Source: Mobula hypostoma
Lineage: Eukaryota
Assembly: GCF_963921235.1 (NCBI RefSeq)
Contig: NC_086101.1
Coordinates: 36,704,001-36,768,000 of the forward strand
DNA: 64,000 bases
Direction of reading: 5' to 3'
Position numbers and translations under genes: made by a program
The notes under the pieces: generated by a model
Told to the model about the DNA's origin: nothing
Seen by the model: the letters and a program-made list of their open reading frames with translations, nothing else
Database searches by the model: none
Shown: positions 51,227-61,364 of the stretch, piece after piece
How positions within the stretch are numbered: position 1 is the first letter of the stretch
Layout of the letters: each line of letters opens with the position of its first letter

Positions 51227-54200
51227 GGAGCATCCGCGATGCTGAGAAAGTCATGAATAGCACATTCAGTGAGTTGGCCACACCGCAGGTAAAGGCTACA
51301 CAGGCAGAAAGGGAATGGGTGGCCACTAAACAGCATAGCAGTAGGCAGGTAGTGCAGGAGTCCCCTGAGGTCATCTCCCTCCTAAACAGATATACTGTTG
51401 GGGGAGATTTCTCATCGGGGAAGGCAGCAGCAGTCGAGTTCATGGCACCATGGGTGGCTCTGTGGCACAGGAGGGAAGGAAAAGGAGTGGGAGAGCTATA
51501 GTGATAGGGGATTCAATTGTAAGGGGAATAGATAGGTGTTTCTGTAGCTGCAAACGAGACTCCAGGAGGGTATATTGCCTCCTTGGTGCAAGGGTCAAGG
51601 ATGTCTCTGAGTGGCTGCAGGACATTCTGGAGTGGGAGGGTGAACAGCCAGTGGTCGTGGTGCACATAGGTACCAAAGATATAGTTAAAAAACGGGATGA
51701 GGTCCTACAAGGTGAATTTAGGGAGTTAGGAGATAAACTAAAAAGTAGGACCACAAAGGTAATAATCTCTGGATTAACTACCAGTGGCACGTGCTAGTCA
51801 CAGGAGGATATATCAGATGAATATGTGGCTTGAAAAATGGTGCAAGGGGGAGGGATTCAAATTTCTGGGGCATTGGAACCAGTTCTGGAGGAGGTGGGAC
51901 CGATACAAACAGGATGGTCTGCACCTGGGCTGGACTGGAACCAATGTCCTAGGGCGAGCGTTTCCTACTGTTGTTCAGGAGGATTTAAACTAATGTGGCA
52001 GGGGGATGGGAACAAGGGCAGAGAGACAGAGGGGTGTAAAATGAGGGTAGAAGCAAAAAGTAGTAAGGTGAAAAGTAAAAGTGGCAGGCCGGCAAATCCA
52101 GGGCAAAAATCAAAAAGGGCCACTTTTCAACATAATTGTATAAGGGCTAAGAGTGTTGTAAAAGCAAGCCTGAAGGCTTTGTGTGTCAATGCAAGGAGCA
52201 TTCGTAACAAGGTGGATGATTTGAATGTGCAGATAGTTATTAATGAATATGATATAGTTGGGATCACAGAGACATGGCTCCAGGGTGACCAAGGATGGGA
52301 GCTCAACATTCAGTTATATTCAATATTCAGGAGGAATAGACATGAAAGAGAAGGAGGTGGGGTGGCATTGCTGGTTAGAGAGGAGATTAACGCAATAGAA
52401 AGGAAGGACATTAGCCAGCAGGATGTGGAATCGATATGGGTAGAGTTGCATAACACTAAGGGGCAGAAAACGCTGGTGGGAGATGTGTACAGGCCACCTA
52501 ACAGTAGTAGTGAGGTTGGGGATGGCATTAAACAGGAAATTAGAAATGCGTGCAATAAAGGAACAGCAGTTATAATGGGAGACTTCAATCTGCATATAGA
52601 TTGGGTGAACCAAATTGGTAAGGGTGCTGAGGAAGAGGATTTCTTGGAATGTATGCAGGATGGTTTTCTGAACCACCATGTCGAGGATCCAACTAGAGAG
52701 CAGGCTATTCTAGACTGGGTATTGAGCAATGAGGAAGGGTTAGTTAGCAATCTTGTCGTGCGAGGCCCCCTGGGTAAGAGTGAACATAATATGGTGGAAT
52801 ACTTCATTAAGATGGAGAGTGATATAGTTAATTCAGAAACAAAGGTTCTGAACTTAAAGAAGGGTAACTTTGAAGGGATGAGACGTGAATTAGCTAAGAT
52901 AGACTGGCAAATGATACTTAAAGGCTCGACGGTAGATATGCAATGGCAAGTATTTAAAGATCGCATGGATGAACTACAACAATTGTTCATCCTAGTCTGG
53001 CAAAAGAATAAACCAGGGAAGGGAGTGCACCCATGACTGACAAGGGAAATTAAGGATAGTATCAATTCCAAAGAAGAAACATACAAATTAGCCAGAAAAA
53101 GCGGCACACCTGAGGACTGGGAGAAATTCAGTCTGGCAGAGGAGGACAAAGGGCTTAATTAGGAAAGAGAAAAAAGATTATGAGAGAAAGCTGGCAGGGA
53201 ACATAAAAACTGAATGTAAAAGCTTTTATAGATATGTGAAAAGAAAAAGTTTGGTTAAGACAAATGTAGGTCCCTTACAGTCAGAAACAGGTGAATTGAT
53301 CATGGGGAACAAGAACATGGCAGACCAATTGAATAACTGCTTTGGTTCTGTCTTCACTAAGGAGGACATAAATAATCTTCTGGAAATAGTAGGGGACCGA
53401 GGGTCCAGTGAGATGGAGGAACTGAGGGAAATACATGTTAGTAGGGAAGTGGTGTTTGGTAAATTGAAGGGATTAAAGGTAGATAAATCCCCAGGGCCAG
53501 ATAGTCTGCATCCCAGAGTGCTTAAGGAAGTAGCCCAAGAAATAGTGGATGCATTCGTGATAATTTTTCAAAACTCTTTAGATCCTGGATTAGTTCCTGA
53601 GGATTGGAGGGTGGCTAATGTAACCCCGCTTTTTAAAAAAGGAGGGCGAGAGAAACCAGGGAATTATAGACCGGTTAGCCTGACATCGGTGGTGGGGAAA
53701 TGCTAGAGTCAGTTATCAAAGATGCGGTAACAGCACATTTGGAAAGTGGTGAAATCATCGGACAAAGTCAGCATGGATTTGTGAAAGGAAGATCATGTCT
53801 GACGAATCTCATAGAATTTTTTGAGGATGTAACTAGTAGAGTGGATAGGGGAAAACCAGTGGATGTGGTATATTTGGATTTTCAAAAGGCTTTTGACAAG
53901 GTCCCACACAGGAGATTAGTGTGCAAACTTAAAGCACACAGTATTGGGGGTATAGTATTGATGTGGATAGAGAACTGGTTGGCAGACAGGAAGCAAAGAG
54001 TGGGAATAAATGGGATCTTTTCAGAATGGCAGGCAGTGACTAGTGGGGTACCGCAAGGCTCAGTGCTGGGACCCCAGTTGTTTACAATATAGATTAACGA
54101 TTTAGACGAGGGAATTAAATGCAGCATCTCCAAGTTTGCGGATGACACGAAGCTGGGCGGCAGTGTTAGCTGTGAGGAGGATGCGAAGAGGATGCAGGGT

Positions 54201-54376
54201 GACTTGGATAGGTTAGGTGCATGGGCAAATTCATGGCAGATGCAATTTAATGTGGGTAAATGTGAGGTTATCCACTTTGGTGGCAAGAATAGGAAAACAG
54301 ATTATTATTTGAATAAACACACATCAAAGTTGCTGGTGAACGCAGCAGGCCAAGCAGCATCTGTAGGAAGAGGCGC

Positions 54377-54412
54377 AGTCGACGTTTCAGGCCGAGACCC
54401 TTCGTCAGGACT
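54377..54412 (-). ncRNA. Minimal type I hammerhead motif (mirror copy)
   Basis: Exact reverse complement of 54468-54503. Confidence 0.8.
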
Positions 54413-54467
54413 AACTGAAGGAAGAGTGAGTAAGGGATTAGATCCCTTACTCACTCTTCCTTCAGTT

Positions 54468-54503
54468 AGTCCTGACGAAGGGTCTCGGCCTGAAACGTCG
54501 ACT
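54468..54503 (+). ncRNA. Minimal type I hammerhead motif
   Basis: agtc-CTGACGA-agggtctcggcct-GAAACGTC-gact. Confidence 0.8.
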
Positions 54504-55484
54504 GCGCCTCTTCCTACAGATGCTGCTTGGCCTGCTGCGTTCACCAGCAACTTTGATGTGTGTTGCTTGAATTTCCAGCATCTGCAGAATTCCTGTTGTT
54601 TATTATTTGAATGGTGGCCGATTAGGAAAAGGGGAGGTGCAATGAGACCTGGGTGTCATTGTACACCAGTCATTGAAACTGGGCATGCAGGTACAGCAGG
54701 CGGTGAAAAAGGCGAATGGTATGCTGGCATTCATAGCAAGAGGATTCGAGTACAGGAGCAGGGAGGTACTACTGCAGTTGTACAAGGCCTTGGTGAGACC
54801 ACACTTGGAGTATTGAGTGCAGTTTTGGTCCCCTAATCTGAGGAAAGACATTCTTGCCATAAAGGGAGTACAAAGAAGGTTCAGTAGATTGATTCCTGGG
54901 ATGGCAGGACTTTCATATGATGAAAGATTGGATCGATTAGGCTTATACTGTCTGGAATTTAGAAGATTGAGGGGGGATCTTATTGAAACGTATAAAATTC
55001 TAAAGGGATTGGACAGGCTAGATGCAGGAAGGTTGTTCCTGATGTTGGGGAAGTCCAGAACGAGGGGTCACAGTTTAAGGATAAAGGGGAAGCCTCTTAG
55101 GACCGAGATGAGGAAAAACTTCTTCACACAGAGAGTGGTGAATCTGTGGAATTCTCTGCCACAGGAAACAGTTGAGGCCAGTTCATTAGCCTATATTTAA
55201 GAGGGAGTTAGATATGGCGCTTGTGGCTAAAGGGATCGGGGGGTATGGAGAGAAGGCAGGTACAGGGTTCTGAGTTGGATGATCAGCTATGATCATACTG
55301 AATGGCGGTGCAGGCTCGAAGGGCCGAATGGCCTACTCCTGCGCCTATCTTCTATGTTTCGATGTTTCTATTACTCTGTACTGCGGTCACAAAAACAACC
55401 AAATTCCATGATGTACTCTACTGTATGTCAGTGACAATAAACCTGATTCTGATTCAGTGCAACTTAGAGGGATGTGAAAGGCTC

Positions 55485-56233
55485 GTCATGGACCATTACC
55501 CTGTGGTGGTGAGGGGCCTGTGTATCTCAGTGACACTATGAGCTGTACCATGCAGAGTGACTCAGGCTGGACAGGTCATGGCAGAGAGGTCAGATTAAAT
55601 ATGGTCCACTGGAGTGGGAAATGGCAACCCATTCAAGTAATTTGCCAAGAAAACCATATGGATAAAAGTAACCAGAGAAATATGAGAATGACACTGAAAG
55701 ATGAGCCCTGCGGGTCTGAAGGTGCCCAACATGCTAATGTGGAAGAATGGAGGACAAGTACGAGTAGTATCAGAGCTAATGACTTGGCTGGATTAAAGCC
55801 GAAAGGACGTCAAACAGCTGATATGCCTGGAAATGAAAAGAAGGCCCAATGTTGTAAAGATCGATGCACCATTAGAACCTGGGATGTAAGATCCATGTAT
55901 CAAGGAAATCTAGACATGGTCAAAAACGAGACGGCAAGACTAAACATTGACATACTGGGAATTGGTGCACTAGGAGGCTTGATTATGGGACAAGAGCTCA
56001 AATATTTTGGCCACATCATGAGAAGACAGGATTCCTTGGAGAAGACTTTCATGTTGGGTAAAACAGAAGGTAAAAGAAGGAGAGGATGACAGAAGGTACG
56101 ATGGATAGATAATGTTACTCAGACAATGTGTATGGGGGATCTTAGACAGGGAGTTTCCAACAAGGAGGCTTGGTGTGCAAGAGTCCATGAGGTCACGAAG
56201 AGTCAGACTCGACTTAACGACTGAACAAAAACA
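55485..56233 (+). mobile_element. Internally deleted BovB-like RTE element
   Basis: BovB-type 5' sequence (tggtccactggagtgggaaatggcaaccca). Endonuclease start TWDVRSMYQG…NIDILGI is fused to the C-terminus LKYFGHIMRRQDSLEKTFMLGKTEGKRRRG. Tail gtcacgaagagtcagactcgacttaacgactgaacaa; 8-bp TSD aaaggctc. Confidence 0.88.
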
Positions 56234-56419
56234 AAAGGCTCTAAATTAACCCATTTTTTTCTGGTTGGGACTAAACATTCACCAATCTGTCTTCCCTTCA
56301 CCTTGGGATAATAAGATCTAAGCATCGCTTTTCAATGCCGAAATCTAAGGGAGTGAATGCCAATGTCAATGTCAAAGCCTTATCTGGAGTATTCCATTCA
56401 ACTCTAGTTGTCCCATGAC

Positions 56420-57055
56420 AGAAAGTTAATGAGGCTTTGGAGAGGATGCAGAAGAGATTTACCAGGATGCTGCCTGGATTAGAAAGCATGTGTTCTAAGG
56501 AGAGATTGGACAAACGTGAGTTCTTTTCTCTGGAGCAGTGGAGACTAAGGGGAGGTTTATAAAATTATGACAGGCACAGATTGAGAAGACAGTGTTTTCT
56601 TTTTCCCAGGGTCAATAGCCAGGGCATCAAAGGGTATGGGGTGAAGGCAGGGGAGTGGGGATGACTGGTAGAATTGGATCAGCCCATGATTGGATGGCGG
56701 AGCAGACTCGATGGGCCGAATGGCCTACTTCTGCTCCTATATCTTATGGTCTAATATGTCTAATACTAGAGGACGTATAATTAAGGTGAGAGAAGGTAAC
56801 TTCAGGGAGAGGCAGATGTGTGGGCAAGTTTTTTTTAAGCAGACTGGTGGGTGCCTGGAATGCACTGTCAGGTCTGCTGGTCGAGGCAAATACAATAGAG
56901 GCATCTATATGGCTATGGACATGCAGAGAATGCAGGGAGATGTATATTTAGTAGGCAGAAGGGATTAGTTTAGTTGGGTGTTTAATTACTAGTTCAATTA
57001 GTTTGGCATAGGATCAGGGGCCTGTTCCTGACCTGTACTGTTTTATGTTCTAAAG
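56420..57055 (+). mobile_element. CR1 3' fragment with a second CR1 tail nested at about 56615-56752
   Basis: gaggatgcagaagagatttaccaggatgctgcctgg…; an internal cttatggtct tail. Confidence 0.75.
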
Positions 57056-57756
57056 TCAAAATTGAGTTTCTTTTCACATGCAGAAGTGCAAGGAGAAACT
57101 TCCTTGCAGCAGCATCACAGACACATTGCATGGGTTCATAATATTTGGAGGAAAGATATTAGAATACTCTAAGGGTGTAGATTATTATAATTAGTGGGGT
57201 TATGCTGCAATCAGCAATCATCCTGATAGAACGGTAAGACGCCTCGCCCTCTTCCTACAAGCAACAAAGACAGTCAGTTCTTAACGGTAAATTGCTACTA
57301 GATGATGGATTTATGACTCTCTATTCTTCACTATGACTCCATTTTTGTTACATGGAACAAGCAATGTGAAACCAATAGTTATGATCTCAAGCTTCACTTT
57401 CAGTATTGGTATAAAGTGACCTTTGGGCTGATATGACCATGAGTGCATAACTTAAACAGTTTCACATTGGACTCAAATTTCACTTCACCTATGGTGACAG
57501 AAGGCTGCTTCTGCAGTGCTGGAGCTCACTGTTCTTGGGAGTTAAGATAGGATCAAGCTTTTCTCTCAAAATGGATGCAAAAATTACTTTGCAATTCTGT
57601 GAAACTTTGGTGTATGACATTATCCAAAGTACAACTTCAGCATCATATACAGAATCTATAGTATTGAGAAATTAATATTCATGAGGCATTCAGTGTCCCT
57701 TAATAGTAGAAGTTCTGCATGCTCCAACAAAAGATCAAGATTAGTACAAGAATGAG

Positions 57757-57975
57757 TGAAGAAGAAGAAGAAGACCCTGAACTCCGAGTGGAATCATCGG
57801 GACGCTGTCATGACAGAGTTCTTTTAGCAGGCTTTCTTATTTTTACGAGGCCGAGTTGCTAGCTCGACGCTCAACCCAGCACGGATGGAAAGCATGCAAG
57901 GGAGCCGGCTGGATTTGAACTTGAGAGCCTTCACTCCGAAGTCCGGCACTGATGCCACTACGCCATCAGCCAGCC
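57757..57975 (-). mobile_element. tRNA-derived SINE with (ctt)n tail
   Basis: Minus-strand head ggctgatggcgtagtggcatcag…ttcaaatcc; related copies elsewhere in the window. Confidence 0.75.
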
Positions 57976-58259
57976 ATAAGAACAAGTGTTAGGAACAAAA
58001 GCTGTTGGAAACAAAGACCTTTGGTATCTTCCTGTTTAATTTCATAACATCACAATCAGTGTGAATCGATAACATCTCCTTGCTGATAATCATCAAAGGC
58101 ATACTTCAATGTTGCATGCTTAGCTAACAGCTCTGCCCACTCTATCCTCATGACAGTGTGGCTGGGCACAGCTCACATGCTGTGAATCAATTCACTAACA
58201 ACACCACCATTGCTGGCACAACCTGAGATGGTGTTAGGGAGGTGTACAGGAGTGAGATC

Positions 58260-59400
58260 TTTGGTTTTGAATTGAATTAACTTTATTTCTTACATCCTTC
58301 ACATACATGAGGAGTAAAAATCTTTATGTTACACCTTCATCTAAGTGTGCAACGTGCAATTTGTAGTTATTTGGAATACAGTAAGTAGTAGTAAATAGTA
58401 TGTACAACAATCCAGTCAATATAGCATAGAAGTACAATTGTATCAGCGTGAATTAATCAGTCTGATGGCCTGGTGGAAGAAGCTGTCCTGGAGCCTGTTG
58501 GTCCTGACTCTTCCCAGATGGTAGCAGTTTGTGGTTGGGGTGACTTGGGTTCCCAATGATCCTTTGGCCCTTTTTACACACCTGTCTCTGTAAATGTCCT
58601 GAGTAGTGGGAAGTTCACATCTACAGATGCGCTGGGCTGTCCGCACCACTCTCTGCAGAGTCCTGTGATTGAGGGAAGTACAGTTCCCATACCAGGCAGT
58701 GATGCAGCCAGTCAGGATGCTCTCAATTGTGCCCCTGTAGAAAGTCCTTAGGATTTGGGTGCTCATGCCAAACTTCTTCAACCATCTGAGGTGAAAGAGG
58801 TGCTGTTGTGCTTTTTTCACCACACAGCTGCTGTGTACAGAACATGTGAGATCCTCAGTGATATGTATGCCAAGGATCTTAAAGCTGTTCACCCTCTCAA
58901 CCCCAGATCCATTGATGTCAATAGGAGTTAGCCTGTCTCCATTCCTCCTGTAGTCCACAACCAGCTCCTTTGTTTTTGCAACATTGAGGGAGAGGTTGTT
59001 TTCTTGACATGACTGTATCAGGGTGATGACTTCTTCTCCGTAGAATGCCTCATTATTATTTGAGATTAGGCCAATCAATGTAGTATCATCTGCAAATTTA
59101 ATTAGCAGATTGGAGCTGTGGGAGGCAACACAGTCATGGGTATATAGAGAGTAAAGGAGGGGGCTTAGGACACAGCCCTGAGGCGTTTCTGTGTTGAGAG
59201 TCAGAGGGTTGGAAGTGAGGGAGCCCACTCTTACCACCTGCCGGCGATCTGACAGGAAGTCCGTGATCCATCTGCACAAGGCAGGGTGAAGGCCGAGCTT
59301 CTCGTCGAGCCTGGAGGGAATTATGGAGTTGAATGCTGAACTGTAGTCCAAGAACAGCATTCTCACATAAGCATCCTTCTTCTCCAGATGTGTAAGGACA
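58260..59400 (-). mobile_element. Rex1/Babar LINE (RT) nested in an older plus-strand Rex1 (58130-58259 plus 59401-60100)
   Basis: YVRMLFLDYSSAFN…PQGCVLSPLLYSLYTHDC…KFADDTT; the host resumes at atatcagctggttgag. Confidence 0.92.
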
Positions 59401-61364
59401 ATATCAGCTGGTTGAGTGGTATCACAACAACAACCTTGCGCTCTCAGTATCAGTAAGACCAAGGAGTTAATTGCGGACTTCAGGAAGGGAAAGTCAGGGC
59501 AACACACACCCTTTCCCACTGAGAGCTCAGCGGTGAAAAGGGTGAACAGCTTCATGTTCCTGGGTGTCACCACCTCAGAGAATCCATCTTGGCTCCAACG
59601 TATTGACATCTTCGTGGAAAAGGCATGCGAGTGGCTCTGCTCATTAGGTTTGAGGAGATTTGAAATGTCACCTATGACACTTAGAGAGTTGTTCAGACTG
59701 TACACTGGTGAACATTCTCACTGGTTTCATTATAGCCTGGGATGAAGGCTCAGGTACAGAGGCTGCAGAGAGATATAGACACAGCCAGCTCTACCATGGC
59801 ACAAACTTGCCTCATCATCGACGACCTTTTCAAGAAGGAGCCCTGGGGACCCTCGTCATCCGGGACATACCCACTCCATCATTACTATGATCATGGAGGA
59901 GGTACAGGAATCTGAAGACGCACTCTCACGTTTTGGGAAAAGCTTTTCCCCTCCGCTATCAGACTTCTGAACAGTACATGAACCTCATTATTCCCCTTCT
60001 GCTCTAGTTATTTATTTATAGCAATTTTTATGCCTTGTCCTGCACTGCTGCACAAAACAACAAAGTTCATATCGCATGTCAGTGATAAAAATCCAATTCT
60101 GACCCTGTGTTAATACAGTGTCTTTGAGGTAGTAAAATTTCCAAGGTTTTTCACAGGAGCCTCATTAATCAGAGATCAAAAGCTGCTCAGAGATGCAGAT
60201 ACTAAGTGGCACGTTAATGAGAGAAGGAAGAGAATTTGAGGACTCAAGACCTATTGCGGAGATGGGATTATGGGAACCAGAGGAGGAGAAAAACAATCTT
60301 GTCCATCACATCACAGGAATCAGCTTCCCCACCATGTCTATATTTTTCGCAGCCTCTTTGAAACAGCCAGCGTGATGAAAGACCCCACACACCCCAGGCG
60401 TTCTCTCTGCTCCCCACTCTAATTGGGCAGAAGATACAGAAGCCTGAAAGCACAACCCACCGGGCTCAAAGGCAGTTTCCACCCTGCTGTTATAAAACTA
60501 CCAGAATTCCCCTAGAACAATAAGATGTTCTCTTGACCTCATAATCTACCCTGTCCTGGTCCTGCACCTTAATGTCTGCCTGCACTACAGCTTCTCTGTA
60601 ACTGTAACAGTTCATTCTGCATTCTGCTTTTGTTTTATCTTGTACTACCTTAATGTATTGATGTGATGAAATGACCTGCGTGGGTGGAGTGCAAAACAAT
60701 ACTTCTCACTCTGTCTTGGTACATGTGACAACAATAAACCAGTTCAGTGGTTGAGCTGCAGAAATGGGAAGTGGTAAGGCTGTGGAGACAAGGATCAACT
60801 GAAAACAAGGGTAGAGGTTTTTCAATGTGCACCGGAGTACCAAGAGCAGGGGCAGTTTCAGAGGGTAGGAACTGAAGACATGGGCAGGGAACTTTGGATT
60901 CATGGAGAGTGTGTGGTTGATTAAGAGATTTCTAGAATGGCTGAAGCTTCTAGTAACAAAGGGATGAAGGACAACCATGCAGATCTAGCATATACCAACA
61001 CTACACTACACTAGAAAATGCGCAGAGTGCAATTTTCTGTGTGAATCATTATCTAAGCTCTCTGATAACATCTCATCAGCACACAGAAACACAGAGGAGC
61101 TATGCACGTAGAACAAAGGAAAATAGCAAGCAGTAACACTTGCACAATTAGCTCATATTTTATCAGGTTTCCACCCATAATAAATTACCCCCACCCAGTG
61201 CTGCGAATCTGCTGTTAAAATAAGAGAACTATGTCAAGGGGCTAAGCTGGAAGCTGTAAATGAATAATACATTATTTGGAATGAGACGAATACATGGCTG
61301 TACCATTCACAGGTTTATTTGACATATTACTTATTATTTTTCATTAAAATTGCTAAAATAGTCA

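Larger units (their letters stand above)
54315..54599. mobile_element. Non-coding PLE family-A foldback element: perfect 123-bp inverted repeat with two hammerhead motifs
   Basis: Arms 54316-54438 and 54442-54564 with a 3-nt loop (tag) and a 35-nt unpaired tail. 13-bp TSD ttattatttgaat (54302-54314 / 54600-54612). Confidence 0.95.
51227..55370 (+). mobile_element. Near-complete CR1 LINE: ORF1 SGNH-esterase plus ORF2 APE-RT, disrupted
   Basis: ORF1 has VIGDSIVR…VVVHIGT…DGLHL. ORF2 has NARS, GITETWL, YRPP, MGDFN and the RT motifs, with frameshifts, stops and a foldback insertion. (tatgtttc)n tail. Confidence 0.95.

Noticed and set aside
54192-54836. 214-aa ORF with the same peptide encoded on both strands
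   Set aside because: Consequence of the palindromic insertion within CR1 ORF2.
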